64,000 nt of DNA from an uncultured Bacteroidota bacterium (GCA_902786595.1 CADADB010000002.1:158011-222010), one strand, 5' to 3'. Counted from the first letter of the stretch, positions 1 through 10,791 are shown. Numbers and translations are program-made. Notes: a model not told the origin generated them from the sequence alone.

Positions 1-18
1 TTTTTAGCAAAAAAATCA

Positions 19-90
19 GCCGTTGTAGCTCAGTGGTAGAGTACATCCTTGGTAAGGATGGGGTCATGAGTTCAACTCTCATCAACGGCT
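19..90 (+). tRNA. tRNA-Thr (anticodon GGT)
   Basis: 72-nt cloverleaf. Acceptor GCCGTTG/CAACGGC, anticodon stem CATCC/GGATG around loop TTGGTAA, T-arm ATGAG-TTCAACT-CTCAT. Lies directly upstream of tuf. Confidence 0.9.
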
Positions 91-144
91 CTTTTTTTTT
101 TGAAATGAACATAAGGAAGGTTTAATAACATAAATTTATAAAAA

Positions 145-1332
145 ATGGCAAAAGAAAAATTTGAACGTACTAAACCCCACGTGAATGTGGGTACAATCGG
201 TCACATCGACCACGGTAAAACTACTCTTACCGCCGCCATCACCACAGTGTTGGCCGACCAAGGTCTCTCTGAACTCAGATCTTTCGATTCTATCGACAAT
301 GCTCCTGAGGAAAAAGAGCGTGGTATCACCATCAACACCGCTCACATTGAGTATCAGACCGCTAACCGTCACTATGCACACGTTGACTGTCCTGGTCACG
401 CCGACTATGTGAAGAACATGGTTACGGGTGCTGCCCAGATGGACGGCGCTATCCTCGTTGTGGCTGCTACCGATGGTCCTATGCCTCAAACTCGTGAGCA
501 CATCCTGTTGGCTAAGCAGGTTGGCGTGCCGAGAATGGTTGTTTTCATGAACAAGGTTGACTTGGTTGATGACCCTGAATTGCTCGACCTCGTTGAAATG
601 GAAATCCGCGACCTCCTCAACTTCTACGGTTTCGACGGCGACAACAGCCCTGTCATCCGTGGTTCTGCCCTTGGTGCTCTGAACAAAGAACCCAAGTGGG
701 TTGAAAAAGTCATCGAACTGATGGATGCCGTTGACACTTGGATTCCGCTGCCTCCTCGTGATGTGGATAAAGACTTCCTCATGCCTGTTGAGGACGTGTT
801 CTCCATCACCGGTCGTGGTACCGTGGCTACTGGTCGTATTGAGACTGGTGTCATCCACACCAGCGATCCCGTTGATATCATCGGTATGGGTGCAGAGAAA
901 CTGAAATCAGTCGTTACCGGTGTCGAGATGTTCCGCAAGATCCTCGACGAAGGTGAAGCTGGTGATAACGTGGGTTTGTTGCTCCGTGGTATCGACAAGG
1001 ACGAAATCCGTCGTGGTATGGTTATCGCGAAACCGGGTTCCATCCATCCGCACAAGAAATTCAAAGCTTCTGTGTATGTGTTGAAGAAAGAAGAAGGCGG
1101 CCGTCACACTCCGTTCGGCAACAACTATCGCCCGCAATTCTACTTCCGCACCACTGACGTTACCGGTGCCATCACCCTGCCTGCAGGCGTTGAAATGTGC
1201 ATGCCTGGTGATAACGTGGAAATCACGGTGGAACTGCTCTCTGAAATCGCTCTGAACATGAACCTCCGTTTCGCTATCCGTGAGGGTGGTCGTACGGTCG
1301 GCGCTGGTCAGGTTACTGAAATCTTAGACTAA
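145..1332 (+). CDS. tuf: Elongation factor Tu
   Basis: 395-aa ORF with [18 protein letters not shown] and NKVD GTPase motifs. Reads as full-length EF-Tu. Confidence 0.99.
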   Translation: MAKEKFERTKPHVNVGTIGHIDHGKTTLTAAITTVLADQGLSELRSFDSIDNAPEEKERGITINTAHIEYQTANRHYAHVDCPGHADYVKNMVTGAAQMDGAILVVAATDGPMPQTREHILLAKQVGVPRMVVFMNKVDLVDDPELLDLVEMEIRDLLNFYGFDGDNSPVIRGSALGALNKEPKWVEKVIELMDAVDTWIPLPPRDVDKDFLMPVEDVFSITGRGTVATGRIETGVIHTSDPVDIIGMGAEKLKSVVTGVEMFRKILDEGEAGDNVGLLLRGIDKDEIRRGMVIAKPGSIHPHKKFKASVYVLKKEEGGRHTPFGNNYRPQFYFRTTDVTGAITLPAGVEMCMPGDNVEITVELLSEIALNMNLRFAIREGGRTVGAGQVTEILD

Positions 1333-1354
1333 GATTCCATCTAACATCCATAAA

Positions 1355-1384
1355 AATCGGGGTGTTGAATAGCACCCCGATTTT
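1355..1384 (+). terminator. Rho-independent terminator after tuf
   Basis: Stem AATCGGGGTG/CACCCCGATT with an 8-nt loop, followed by TTTT. Confidence 0.8.
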
Positions 1385-1386
1385 AC

Positions 1387-1457
1387 AGGGGAATAGTTTA
1401 AGGGCAGAATAGTGGTCTCCAAAACCATTGATGGGAGTTCGAATCTCTCTTCCCCTG
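1387..1457 (+). tRNA. tRNA-Trp (anticodon CCA)
   Basis: Acceptor AGGGGAA/TTCCCCT, anticodon loop CTCCAAA, T-arm GGGAG-TTCGAAT-CTCTC. The D stem has G-U pairs. Confidence 0.85.
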
Positions 1458-1463
1458 CTAAAA

Positions 1464-1495
1464 AAGTCAGGTCTCTGTAACCTGACTTTTGTTTT
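1464..1495 (+). terminator. Hairpin plus T-run after tRNA-Trp
   Basis: Stem AAGTCAGGT/ACCTGACTT with a 7-nt loop, then TTTTGTTTT. Confidence 0.7.
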
Positions 1496-1508
1496 ATTAG
1501 CGGTCGCC

Positions 1509-2234
1509 ATGATCTTGATGTACCATAATGTGGACGAAAAAGCCGGTTTCAATACCGTTTCCGCCGAAGACTTCGCGCGGCAGCTCCTTTTTGTGCAGCA
1601 ACACTGGCAGCTCACGGATATGGACACCTATTTGCGCGGATGCCGCACGAATCCCCGTCTTGCCACTGTTACATTCGACGATGCCTACTCCTGCATCTTC
1701 ACACATGTTTTGCCCATCATACAGGAGCTTGACATACCCATTATGGTTTTTGTGCCCGTCTCCTATGTAGGAAAATATAACGAATGGGACAAGAATCTTT
1801 CTGGTTATGAGAGAATTAACATTCTTTCTTGGAATGAGATTGAGAGACTGTCGCAAGATTCGCATATCACTTTCGGGTCGCATGGAATGAGTCACATTTC
1901 TCTTAAAAATCTTTCGAAAAGTCAAACCGAGTCGGAACTGAGAGAGTCCAAAGAGATTTTAGAGCAACATTTGAAAAAGCAGGTGCAATGCTTTGCTTTT
2001 CCTTTCGGACAGCGCAAGGATTTTGGCTGCGCTACCCCGGATTTGCTATATGAAGCCGGGTATAAGATGGCGGTAACCACTTTATGGCGACGGCACAATC
2101 TAAATGAAAATCCCTATTGTCTTCACCGAGTCGAGGTGAAAACGACAGATTCTATGGAGGATTTCCAATGTTATTTGAAGCGCAAAATCGATTTCCGACT
2201 CATCAAACAGGAAATTAAAAATCTGATACGCTAA
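1509..2234 (+). CDS. Polysaccharide deacetylase (NodB-homology) family protein
   Basis: ILMYHNV and ATVTFDDAY motifs. The tracked ORF begins at 1428, which overlaps tRNA-Trp and its terminator. The ATG at 1509 (MILMYHNV) is therefore the likely start. Confidence 0.85.
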   Translation: MILMYHNVDEKAGFNTVSAEDFARQLLFVQQHWQLTDMDTYLRGCRTNPRLATVTFDDAYSCIFTHVLPIIQELDIPIMVFVPVSYVGKYNEWDKNLSGYERINILSWNEIERLSQDSHITFGSHGMSHISLKNLSKSQTESELRESKEILEQHLKKQVQCFAFPFGQRKDFGCATPDLLYEAGYKMAVTTLWRRHNLNENPYCLHRVEVKTTDSMEDFQCYLKRKIDFRLIKQEIKNLIR

Positions 2235-2237
2235 AAT

Positions 2238-2267
2238 TGTAGAGACGTTTCAGGAAACGTCTCTACA
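2238..2267. repeat. GTAGAGACG palindromic element, T-subtype (H1)
   Basis: TGTAGAGACGTTTCAGGAAACGTCTCTACA, 3 nt after the deacetylase stop. Confidence 0.9.
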
Positions 2268-2285
2268 GGGGTTGTGTCTCAATCG

Positions 2286-2316
2286 TTTGTATGTATTCGA
2301 AATTTATGTACTTTTG
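2286..2316 (+). promoter_or_regulatory. Bacteroidota-type promoter (-33 TTTG, -7 TACTTTTG)
   Basis: TTTG at 2286-2289 and TACTTTTG at 2309-2316, 19 nt apart. The ATG lies 25 nt downstream. Confidence 0.65.
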
Positions 2317-2340
2317 CGCTCGAATGAAAAATCTTAAGAG

Positions 2341-3468
2341 ATGAATCCCATACAGATGGTCGATTTGAAAAGTCAGTATCTGCGCATCAAGCCGGAGGTG
2401 GATGCGGCCATTCAGCATGTGTTGGATTCAACGGCTTTCATCCAAGGTTCTTCTGTTCGCGAATTTGAAGAGCAGCTTGGTCAATACTCTGGTTCTAAGT
2501 ATGTTGTGAGCTGCGGTAATGGTACTGACGCGCTTTTGGTCGCTTTGATGGCCTTGGGTGTTGGACCCGGCGATGAGGTTATTACGGTTCCTTTTACTTT
2601 CGTGGCATCGGTGGAGGCCATTGCGCTTGTAGGAGCAAAACCGGTCTTCGTGGATGTTTGCGAGGATACCTTTACGATGGATCCCTCCTTGTTGGAATCG
2701 GCCATCACCCCGAAGACCAAAGCTATCCTTCCTGTGCATCTTTATGGTCAGTGTGCGGATATGGAGCCGATTTTGGATATTGCTAAGAGACACAATATCA
2801 AGGTGATAGAAGATGCTTGCCAGGCCGTTGGGACGGAATACTCCTTTGCTGACGGAACAGTGAAACAGGCAGGAACGATGGGCGATATCGGATGCCTTTC
2901 CTTCTTCCCTTCAAAAAATTTAGGATGTTATGGAGATGGCGGTGCTATGATGACACAAAATGTCGATTGGGCCGCGAAACTTCGCGCTATTTGCAAGCAT
3001 GGTTCAATAGAAAAATATCACCATGTGTGTCTGGGACTGAATTCGCGCTTGGATGCATTGCAGGCCGCTGTCTTGCAGGTGAAACTCCACCATTTGGATG
3101 AGTTTATCGCCAACCGCAAAGCTGCCGCCCGGTTTTATTTCGAGGCCTTAAAGAATGTTGATTGGATAGAACTTCCTGATAATAAAGAGAATACAGTGCA
3201 TACGTTTCATCAGTTCACCATTAAAGTGAAGGAAGGTAAGCGGGATGTGTTAAGACAGTATTTGACCGCGAAGGCGATTCCTTCAATGATCTATTACCCC
3301 ATTCCGGCGCATTTGCAGCCCGCCTATAAGTATTTGAATTACAAGGAAACGGATTTTCCCGTTTCGGAACGACTGTGCAACGAGGTTTTGTCTTTGCCAA
3401 TGCACACAGAACTCTCTGAGAATCAGTTACAATATATTTGTGAAACCATCGTTAATTGTCCGCTATGA
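2341..3468 (+). CDS. DegT/DnrJ/EryC1/StrS-family sugar aminotransferase
   Basis: 375 aa with the typical N-terminus [10 protein letters not shown] and GNGTDAL, plus SFFPSKNLG containing the PLP lysine. Confidence 0.9.
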   Translation: MNPIQMVDLKSQYLRIKPEVDAAIQHVLDSTAFIQGSSVREFEEQLGQYSGSKYVVSCGNGTDALLVALMALGVGPGDEVITVPFTFVASVEAIALVGAKPVFVDVCEDTFTMDPSLLESAITPKTKAILPVHLYGQCADMEPILDIAKRHNIKVIEDACQAVGTEYSFADGTVKQAGTMGDIGCLSFFPSKNLGCYGDGGAMMTQNVDWAAKLRAICKHGSIEKYHHVCLGLNSRLDALQAAVLQVKLHHLDEFIANRKAAARFYFEALKNVDWIELPDNKENTVHTFHQFTIKVKEGKRDVLRQYLTAKAIPSMIYYPIPAHLQPAYKYLNYKETDFPVSERLCNEVLSLPMHTELSENQLQYICETIVNCPL

Positions 3469-4040
3469 AGGATTATTTTGCACACGAGACCGCCGTTCTA
3501 GACGAAGGATGTCAGATAGGAAAGAACACCAAGATCTGGCATTTCACGCATGTCATGTCGCAGGCAGTGGTTGGTGAAAATTGCGTCATCGGACAGAATG
3601 TGATGATAGCAAATCGTGTAACTTTAGGGAACAACGTGAAAGTGCAGAATAATGTCTCTGTTTATGAAGGTGTTACATGCGAGGATGACGTTTTTTTGGG
3701 TCCATCGATGGTGTTCACCAACGTCATTAATCCAAGGGCCTTCATTGAACGGAAGCTGGAGTTTAAACAGACCTTGGTGCGGCGAGGAGCAACAATAGGC
3801 GCGAACGCAACAATCTTGTGCGGTCACACCATTGGGCGTTATGCGATGGTCGGCGCTGGGGCGGTGGTCACTTCCGATGTGTCGGATTATGCGCTGGTGG
3901 TGGGGAATCCTGCCCAGCAAATTGGTTGGGTCAGTGAATACGGACACCGTCTTCTGTTCGATGAAACGGGCAGCGCCTCATGTCCTGAAAGTGGTCAAAA
4001 GTATCAACTATTTGATAATCAAGCCAAACGAATAAAATAA
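3456..4040 (+). CDS. Hexapeptide-repeat sugar N-acetyltransferase (WbpD-like)
   Basis: 194 aa of left-handed beta-helix hexapeptide repeats ([20 protein letters not shown] and others). Overlaps the upstream aminotransferase by 13 nt. Confidence 0.85.
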   Translation: MSAMKDYFAHETAVLDEGCQIGKNTKIWHFTHVMSQAVVGENCVIGQNVMIANRVTLGNNVKVQNNVSVYEGVTCEDDVFLGPSMVFTNVINPRAFIERKLEFKQTLVRRGATIGANATILCGHTIGRYAMVGAGAVVTSDVSDYALVVGNPAQQIGWVSEYGHRLLFDETGSASCPESGQKYQLFDNQAKRIK

Positions 4041-4041
4041 G

Positions 4042-6642
4042 ATGGTTAAAACGATTACTCGTTTTCTTTTGATTTTCATTACGTTATTGGCTGTTAAACC
4101 GATGGCTTTCGCTACGCATCAACGGGCCGGAGAAATCAGTTATACCTACATTTCCGGGTTGACATACGAATTCACTATCGTCACTTACACGTACACTCCA
4201 AGTCCAGCCGATCGTCCGCAGATTGAAGTGTTTTGGGGCGATGGCACCTCTTCGGAGATTGACCGTTTCATCAAGGTCAATATGGAGAACAACATCAGCA
4301 AGAACGTGTATGTCACGCAGCACACTTTTCCGGCTGCGGGCACTTTCCATGTCACTTTTGAGGACCCTAACCGAAATGCCGGCATCGTGAACATCCCGAG
4401 TTCGGTTGAGATTCCCTTTTTCATTGAAACCATCTTGATTATCAACCCTTTCATAGGAGGAAACTCTTCGCCGCAGTTGTTGAATCCGCCTTTGGACAAC
4501 GGTTGTACAAATGTCCCTTATTATCACAATCCAGGCGCATACGATGCGGAAGGGGACAGTCTTTCATACTCCTTGATTAACTGTCGGGGGTATGAAGGAG
4601 AGGATATTCCGGGTTACACATTGCCGCAGGCATCCAATTTCATAGCTATTGACCCAATTACTGGTGATTTGACATGGGATTCCCCCCTCATGGCAGGAGA
4701 ATACAATATCGCCATTCTGATTGAGGAGTGGCGCAACGGAGTGTTTGTCGGCAGCATGGTCAGGGACATGCAGATTACCATTGCGCCCTGCAATAATGAG
4801 CCGCCTGTGGTGGAAGTGTACGACACATGCGTGATAGCTGGTGCCAGAATAGATTTGCTCGTGCATGTCAAGGACGAAACCTCCACTCATGTTACGTTGA
4901 CGGCGACAGGAGAACCTTTCTTGCTCGGTGTGTCGCCTGCTCAGTTTGCCGAGATTACAGACAGTGTTCCATACGTCACCCATTTTGTTTGGCAAACGAC
5001 CTGTGAACATGTAAAGTCGGTTCCATATGAAGTACTATTCAAAGCTAAGGATAATGGTCCGCAAGTGGAGCTTGTGTCGTTTAAAACAATTCGCATTCGT
5101 GTGATCGCGCCAGCTCCGGAAAGCCTGCATGCCGTCCCGGAAGGAAATCTAATTCACTTGGATTGGTCTCCTGACTCCTGTTCCAATGCAGTCGGATATG
5201 ATGTGTATCGTCGAAACGGAAGTGATGATTTTGTTCCCGATTCCTGTCAGACTGGATTGCCGACGGAAGTTGGTTATTCTAAGATAGGGTCCACGTTTTC
5301 TTGGATTGATACGGTTTTTACCGATGACGGCACTACGAAACCGCTATATCATGGTAATGAATACTGCTATCGTGTGGTGGCGTTGTTCCCGGATGGATCG
5401 GAGAGTATAGTGTCGGATAAGGTGTGTGTCCATATTGCCAATGACGCGCCTATTATCATCAATTCTGATGTCGTAACCACAGATAAAGAGAGCGGGGAAG
5501 TGCTTGTGCGCTGGCTGTTTCCGCCAGAAATGGATTCCGTCGCCTTCCCGCCACCTTATGAGTATCAACTCTTCAGAATTTCTGAGAATCAAGAAAATGA
5601 ATTGATTTATTCGGTTAACGCGCCTGAAAATCCGAGTGATACACTTTTCTTTATGGATGGTAATCTAAATACGTCAGATTTTGATTATACTTATCGTGTT
5701 GAGATTCTCAATTCTGACACTGTTATCGAAAATTCGGATCCCGCTACATCAATTTTCCTTACAGTAGCTTCTGCCGATAAACGTTTGGCTCTTTCCTGGA
5801 CGGATACACAACCATGGAATAATATAAGCTATACGGTGTATAGATACAATAATCATACTGTCAGCTGGGATTCTCTTGCAATAGTCGCTGAGCCATATTA
5901 TACGGATTATAACCTTGAAAATGGGAAGACATACTGCTACTACATTAAGGCAGAGGGTTATTATTGGCTTCCGGACACTATTGGAGCACTTTATAACCGT
6001 TCGCAGCAGGAATGCGGTGTGCCGTACGACAATGAGCCCCCTGAGATGCCGGAAATCACTATCTCCACGGATTGCCAAAATGTTGAATTCAACTGGGTGT
6101 TCAGTTCCGATTCTGCTGCCACGGATGCAGTACATTACTATATTTACTACAAACCCACTTTGGAAGGGACATTTACTTGTATTGACTCTTTCGACAATGC
6201 TGAGATTTGTTTTCCAGCACCATGTAGCTATTCAATATATGCAAGCGGATCCGAGGTGCTTGTCGGTTGTTACGCCATGCAGGTAGCTGATAGCAACCGC
6301 AATGCCACTGAATTGACAGATTCCGTGTGTATTGACGTGTTTGATTGTCTGGATTACCAACTGCCGAATGTGTTCACTCCGAATGGTGACGGCATCAACG
6401 ACATTTTCACGCCGTTTATGCCCTATTCCGGGATTGTCAAGATCGAGATGGAGATTTACAACCGCTGGGGCAAGCGGGTTTTCCGCACGACTGACCCTGA
6501 CATTCTATGGGACGGCAGCGATGAAACCACCAAGCAACCCTCCTCCGACGGGGTTTATTACTACGGTTGCAAGTTGTTCGTCAACACGCTTTCGGGTGAG
6601 GTAACCTATTTGTTGAACGGGTCCATCACGTTAATCCGATAG
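4042..6642 (+). CDS. Large secreted protein with T9SS type-B (gliding-motility-associated) C-terminal domain
   Basis: Signal peptide followed by THQRAGEISY. The C-terminus reads LPNVFTPNGDGINDIF...WDG...GVYYY. Confidence 0.85.
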   Translation: MVKTITRFLLIFITLLAVKPMAFATHQRAGEISYTYISGLTYEFTIVTYTYTPSPADRPQIEVFWGDGTSSEIDRFIKVNMENNISKNVYVTQHTFPAAGTFHVTFEDPNRNAGIVNIPSSVEIPFFIETILIINPFIGGNSSPQLLNPPLDNGCTNVPYYHNPGAYDAEGDSLSYSLINCRGYEGEDIPGYTLPQASNFIAIDPITGDLTWDSPLMAGEYNIAILIEEWRNGVFVGSMVRDMQITIAPCNNEPPVVEVYDTCVIAGARIDLLVHVKDETSTHVTLTATGEPFLLGVSPAQFAEITDSVPYVTHFVWQTTCEHVKSVPYEVLFKAKDNGPQVELVSFKTIRIRVIAPAPESLHAVPEGNLIHLDWSPDSCSNAVGYDVYRRNGSDDFVPDSCQTGLPTEVGYSKIGSTFSWIDTVFTDDGTTKPLYHGNEYCYRVVALFPDGSESIVSDKVCVHIANDAPIIINSDVVTTDKESGEVLVRWLFPPEMDSVAFPPPYEYQLFRISENQENELIYSVNAPENPSDTLFFMDGNLNTSDFDYTYRVEILNSDTVIENSDPATSIFLTVASADKRLALSWTDTQPWNNISYTVYRYNNHTVSWDSLAIVAEPYYTDYNLENGKTYCYYIKAEGYYWLPDTIGALYNRSQQECGVPYDNEPPEMPEITISTDCQNVEFNWVFSSDSAATDAVHYYIYYKPTLEGTFTCIDSFDNAEICFPAPCSYSIYASGSEVLVGCYAMQVADSNRNATELTDSVCIDVFDCLDYQLPNVFTPNGDGINDIFTPFMPYSGIVKIEMEIYNRWGKRVFRTTDPDILWDGSDETTKQPSSDGVYYYGCKLFVNTLSGEVTYLLNGSITLIR

Positions 6643-6676
6643 TTTTTTCAGTGTATAATGATGATAAAGGATAATT

Positions 6677-6728
6677 GGCTGCCAACAGTCAACAGCCAAT
6701 GGCCAACAGCGAATAGCTAAAAGCTAAT
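6677..6728. repeat. Degenerate period-7 tandem array (CCAACAG/CCAATGG/GCTAAAA)
   Basis: ggctgccaacagtcaacagccaatggccaacagcgaatagctaaaagctaat. Confidence 0.8.
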
Positions 6729-6748
6729 TTCCCAATTCACATTTTTTG

Positions 6749-6756
6749 TATTTTTG
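6749..6756 (+). promoter_or_regulatory. -7 box TATTTTTG
   Basis: Matches TAnnTTTG, 65 nt upstream of the ATG at 6821. Confidence 0.5.
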
Positions 6757-6820
6757 CCGTTGGTTTAAAAGAATGGAATTACCAAACTAAAAAATATATT
6801 TATCAATAAATCAAAAAGAT

Positions 6821-8086
6821 ATGTCAGTCATTAAACCCTTTAGAGGATTCCGTCCTCCGAAAGAAATCGTTGAAAAATTAGCTTCTCGTCCTTACGACGT
6901 GTTGAATTCAGAAGAGGCCCGCAAGGAATGTGAAGGCAACCCCTACAGCTTGTTGCATGTCACCAAGGCCGAAATCGACCTTCCGGTGGGTACCGATGAG
7001 CATTCTCTCGAAGTGTATCTTCAGGTGGTGAAAAACTACAACAGCTTCAAGGATTACGGCTGGTTGGTGCAGGACAAAGAGGAGAAACTCTACATCTACG
7101 CCCAAAGCATGAATCCGACAGCTGCTGACGCGAAATGGCAATATGGTATCGTGGCTTGCGCCTACAGCGAGGACTATGTTAACAAGATCATCAAGAAACA
7201 CGAGTTGACCCGCAAGGACAAAGAGGAAGACCGCATGAAACACGTGCGCATCACCAACGCCAATGTGGAGCCGGTGTTCTTCGCATATCCCGCAGTTGCC
7301 CGCATTGACGAAATCGTGGCTTCCGTGACCGCCAAGGAACCGGTTTACGACTTCGTTGCCAAGGAAGACGGCTTCGGTCACCGTTTCTGGGTGATTGACG
7401 ACCGCAAGCTCATTGACGAGCTGGTGGAACTCTTCGCCACTAAAGTGCCCGCCATGTACATCGCCGACGGTCACCACCGTAGCGCGGCAGCCGCTCTCGT
7501 GGGTCAGGAGAAGAAAGAGCACAACCCGAACCACACCGGCAAGGAGGAGTACAACTACTTCATGACGGTGATTTTCCCGGACAACCAGCTCAACATCATC
7601 GACTACAACCGCGTGGTGAAAGACCTCAACGGTCTGACCAAGGAGCAGTTCCTCAACGCTGTTGGCGAGGCCTATACGGTGGAAGATATGGGCACGGACA
7701 TTTACAAACCTAGCAAATTGCATGAGTTCAGCATGTATCTGGACGGACATTGGTACAAGATGAACGCCAAACCCGGCACGTTCAACGACAGCGATCCCAT
7801 CGGTGTTCTGGATGTCACCATCCTCAGCAACCTTGTGCTTGACAAGATTTTGGGTATCAAGGATCTGCGTACCGACAAGCGCATTGACTTCGTGGGTGGT
7901 ATCCGCGGTCTCGGTGAGTTGAAACGCCGTGTCGATAACGGTGAGATGAAGGTGGCTTTCGCCCTCTATCCTGTTTCCATGCAGCAGATTATCGACATTG
8001 CTGACACTGGCAACATCATGCCTCCCAAAACCACCTGGTTTGAGCCGAAGTTGCGTTCAGGCCTTGTTATTCACGAATTAGCATAA
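6821..8086 (+). CDS. DUF1015-family protein
   Basis: 421 aa. The N-terminus MSVIKPFRGFRP and the ADGHHR motif are typical of DUF1015. Confidence 0.8.
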   Translation: MSVIKPFRGFRPPKEIVEKLASRPYDVLNSEEARKECEGNPYSLLHVTKAEIDLPVGTDEHSLEVYLQVVKNYNSFKDYGWLVQDKEEKLYIYAQSMNPTAADAKWQYGIVACAYSEDYVNKIIKKHELTRKDKEEDRMKHVRITNANVEPVFFAYPAVARIDEIVASVTAKEPVYDFVAKEDGFGHRFWVIDDRKLIDELVELFATKVPAMYIADGHHRSAAAALVGQEKKEHNPNHTGKEEYNYFMTVIFPDNQLNIIDYNRVVKDLNGLTKEQFLNAVGEAYTVEDMGTDIYKPSKLHEFSMYLDGHWYKMNAKPGTFNDSDPIGVLDVTILSNLVLDKILGIKDLRTDKRIDFVGGIRGLGELKRRVDNGEMKVAFALYPVSMQQIIDIADTGNIMPPKTTWFEPKLRSGLVIHELA

Positions 8087-8088
8087 AA

Positions 8089-9018
8089 ATGTTCAAAGTT
8101 CCCGTTTTACTCATACTATATAATAGAGTAGAGGAAACGCACGACGTATTTCAAGTATTACGCACGGTGCAGCCTACTCAGCTTTATGTGGCAGGTGATG
8201 CCGCGCAGCCGGATTCCATGTTGGACCGTATGCGCACTTATCAGGCAAGAGCCGTCATCCAGCCCGAGTGGCCGTGCCAGGTGCACAAATTATGGCAGGA
8301 CAATCATCTGGGGAAATCCCAGATGATTGCCACCGCTATAAAATGGTTTTTCGAACAAGAGGAGGAGGGTATCATCCTGTTTGACGATACTGTGCCGGGA
8401 TATGATTTCTTCCCCTATTGCGAACAGTTGCTCGAAAAATACCGTAACGACAAGAAGATTTATAGTATCGGTGGCTTCTATTGGCGCCATAGAAGTCGGA
8501 AAAGATACAAAAAAAGGATGAAAAAAGGGGAATCTTCCTACTTTTTCTCCGCCTATGCCTCCACCTGGGGCTTCGCCACCTGGAAAAACCGCTGGAACGA
8601 TTTCACTCTTTCCATGGACCAATATACCAGGGAGGGTTTCGAGAAGATGATAGAACCATACATGAATAAGAAAAAACAGAAAATGTATTGGATCAATCGC
8701 TTCAACAGTCTCAAGAAGTACAAGGCCTCCTATTGGGCTTACCAGTACAATTTCCACATTTGGGCGCACGAGGGGCTTTGCATAACCCCTTACCTCAATT
8801 TGGTGTCCAACGTGGGGTTCCGCAAGCAAGCCGAACGCAAAATCCGCCATCTGAAACGCAATGCCTATCCTATCATGCCGTTGGTCCACCCGACGGACAT
8901 CCAGCAGGATTTTGGTGAGGATCGCTATATGTTCAGGCATATCTTCAACAGTGCCTACATCACCTTGTTTAAGGAATGGCTTAATGATTTGGTGTCTGGT
9001 AATAAGACGGAGGGTTAG
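8089..9018 (+). CDS. Putative nucleotide-diphospho-sugar transferase (HlpA-like)
   Basis: 309 aa. The N-terminal VPVLLILYNRVEET...YVAGD resembles GT-A fold transferases. The assignment is from memory only. Confidence 0.55.
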   Translation: MFKVPVLLILYNRVEETHDVFQVLRTVQPTQLYVAGDAAQPDSMLDRMRTYQARAVIQPEWPCQVHKLWQDNHLGKSQMIATAIKWFFEQEEEGIILFDDTVPGYDFFPYCEQLLEKYRNDKKIYSIGGFYWRHRSRKRYKKRMKKGESSYFFSAYASTWGFATWKNRWNDFTLSMDQYTREGFEKMIEPYMNKKKQKMYWINRFNSLKKYKASYWAYQYNFHIWAHEGLCITPYLNLVSNVGFRKQAERKIRHLKRNAYPIMPLVHPTDIQQDFGEDRYMFRHIFNSAYITLFKEWLNDLVSGNKTEG

Positions 9019-9096
9019 AATGTGACTCTAACTATGACTTAGGCAAGAGTTTCAACTTCTTGCATTTAACTATTACTAATACTGATAAACCAAACA

Positions 9097-9969
9097 ATGG
9101 AGAAAAAACTGACGTTCAAAAAGGTTTTGCAAGAGGCGAAGAATTATTTCTTCATCTTTTTGGGGTTGGCTATGTTCACTTTCGGGTGGTCAGCGTTTCT
9201 GACGCCATACGAGGTGTCAGGAGGTGGTGTGGCGGGTGCGGCCTCCATTCTCTATTTCGCCACGAAGATCCCCATTGGCCTCACCACCTTTGCCCTAAAT
9301 GCCATCTTAATTGCTATCGCGTGGAAGATTCTAGGAACCAAGTTTTGTGTCAATTCGCTGATATGCACTGTGGTGATGAGTGTTTTCTTCTCCATATTCC
9401 AGCCACTGTTCCCCAAACCGCTTGTGGATGACATGTTTATGAGTGTCATCATTGGGTCGGCGATAGCGGCGTATGGAATCGGTATGGCCATCAACTGGGG
9501 CGGCAACACCGGAGGCGTTGACATTATCGCCTTGATGGTCGGGAAATACCGCAATATCTCTTACGGGCGGGTCAGCTTGCTCTCCAATGTCGTTATAGTG
9601 GGTGCTTCCTACTTTGTGCTTTACGATGTCCAAAAATTGGTTTACAGTTTTGTGGTGTTGTTGGTTTCCATCATCATCTCCGATCTGGTGATAGACGGAT
9701 ACCGGCAGACGTATCAGTTTATGGTTTTCTCCCAGAAAAACCATGAGATTGCCCAAAGAATCAATTCCAGCTTACATCGCGGAGCCACGTTTCTGAAAGG
9801 ATACGGTTCCTACAACCAACAGGAGAGCGATGTGCTGTTGATTGTGGCGCATAAAACGGATAAGGGTGCCATCACTCGCATTATCAAAGATATAGACCCT
9901 AACGCTTTCATTACTATCTCGAAAACAGCCAGTGTGTTCGGCAAGAATTTCGACAATATTAAGATATGA
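9097..9969 (+). CDS. YitT-family membrane protein (DUF2179 C-terminus)
   Basis: 290 aa with multiple TM segments, a GGGVAGAASILY motif and a soluble C-terminal domain. Confidence 0.8.
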   Translation: MEKKLTFKKVLQEAKNYFFIFLGLAMFTFGWSAFLTPYEVSGGGVAGAASILYFATKIPIGLTTFALNAILIAIAWKILGTKFCVNSLICTVVMSVFFSIFQPLFPKPLVDDMFMSVIIGSAIAAYGIGMAINWGGNTGGVDIIALMVGKYRNISYGRVSLLSNVVIVGASYFVLYDVQKLVYSFVVLLVSIIISDLVIDGYRQTYQFMVFSQKNHEIAQRINSSLHRGATFLKGYGSYNQQESDVLLIVAHKTDKGAITRIIKDIDPNAFITISKTASVFGKNFDNIKI

Positions 9970-10745
9970 AGAAAGATTTCGAACCCGTGGAGGCGCGGGT
10001 GAACGCCAAAATCAACATTGGCTTGCAGATTGTACGCAAACGTCCTGACGGTTACCACGATTTGCAGACGGTTTTTTACCCCACGGATTATTTCACGGAT
10101 TTTCTGCGCATTTCCCCGTCCGAGCAGGAAATTGTATTCAATATGGAGAGCGTGGAAGATTTGGGCGTTGCCGATAACAATCTTTGTGTCAAGGCGTTCC
10201 GTTTGCTACAGAACGACTTTGGGATTTCCAATGTGGAGATATTTCTGCGCAAGGGGATTCCTTCGGGCGCGGGTTTGGGCGGGGGTTCCGCGGATGCCGC
10301 TTTCACGCTCAGGATGCTTCGAGACATTTTCCAACTGCCTGTTTCTGAGGAGAAAATGGTGGAATACGCCCTACAGCTGGGCAGTGACGTTCCATTCTTC
10401 CTGTATAACAAGCCGGTGTACGCCACAGGGCGTGGGGAAGTGCTCACCCCCATTGACCTGGATCTGTCTTCTTATCGGTTAAAAATCGTTAAACCCGACA
10501 TTCACATCTCCACCAGGGAAGCATACGCTGGTGTGACTCCGCATGAATCTGACATTTTCCTTCCGGAAATTCTGAGAAACAGCCCAGAAGATTGGAGAAA
10601 TTTGGTGGTCAATGATTTTGAGGAATCGTTGTTTAAGAAAATACCCGCGTTAAAAATTGTGAAAGAGGCGTTGTATCACGAGGGTGCGCTTTACGCCTCC
10701 ATGTCGGGCAGCGGCTCCGCTTTTTTCGGAGTGTTCGGTGAATAG
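9966..10745 (+). CDS. ispE: 4-diphosphocytidyl-2-C-methyl-D-erythritol kinase
   Basis: KINIGLQIV..RPDGYHDL and the GHMP kinase motif GIPSGAGLGGGSADAA. Overlaps yitT by 4 nt. Confidence 0.92.
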   Translation: MKKDFEPVEARVNAKINIGLQIVRKRPDGYHDLQTVFYPTDYFTDFLRISPSEQEIVFNMESVEDLGVADNNLCVKAFRLLQNDFGISNVEIFLRKGIPSGAGLGGGSADAAFTLRMLRDIFQLPVSEEKMVEYALQLGSDVPFFLYNKPVYATGRGEVLTPIDLDLSSYRLKIVKPDIHISTREAYAGVTPHESDIFLPEILRNSPEDWRNLVVNDFEESLFKKIPALKIVKEALYHEGALYASMSGSGSAFFGVFGE

Positions 10746-10754
10746 TGAATGGTG

Positions 10755-10790
10755 AGCCAACAGCCAACAGCTAATAGCCAATAGCCAAAA
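10755..10790. repeat. Period-7 array (AGCCAAC/AGCTAAT)
   Basis: agccaacagccaacagctaatagccaatagccaaaa, between convergent genes. Confidence 0.8.
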
Positions 10791-10791
10791 A

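Noticed and set aside
136-858. 240-aa minus-strand ORF
   Set aside because: It is antisense to tuf.
1428-1508. N-terminal extension of the deacetylase ORF
   Set aside because: It overlaps tRNA-Trp and its terminator hairpin. The ATG at 1509 gives the canonical MILMYHNV start.
9060-9431. 123-aa plus-strand ORF
   Set aside because: It is an alternate frame of the yitT-like gene, with no support.
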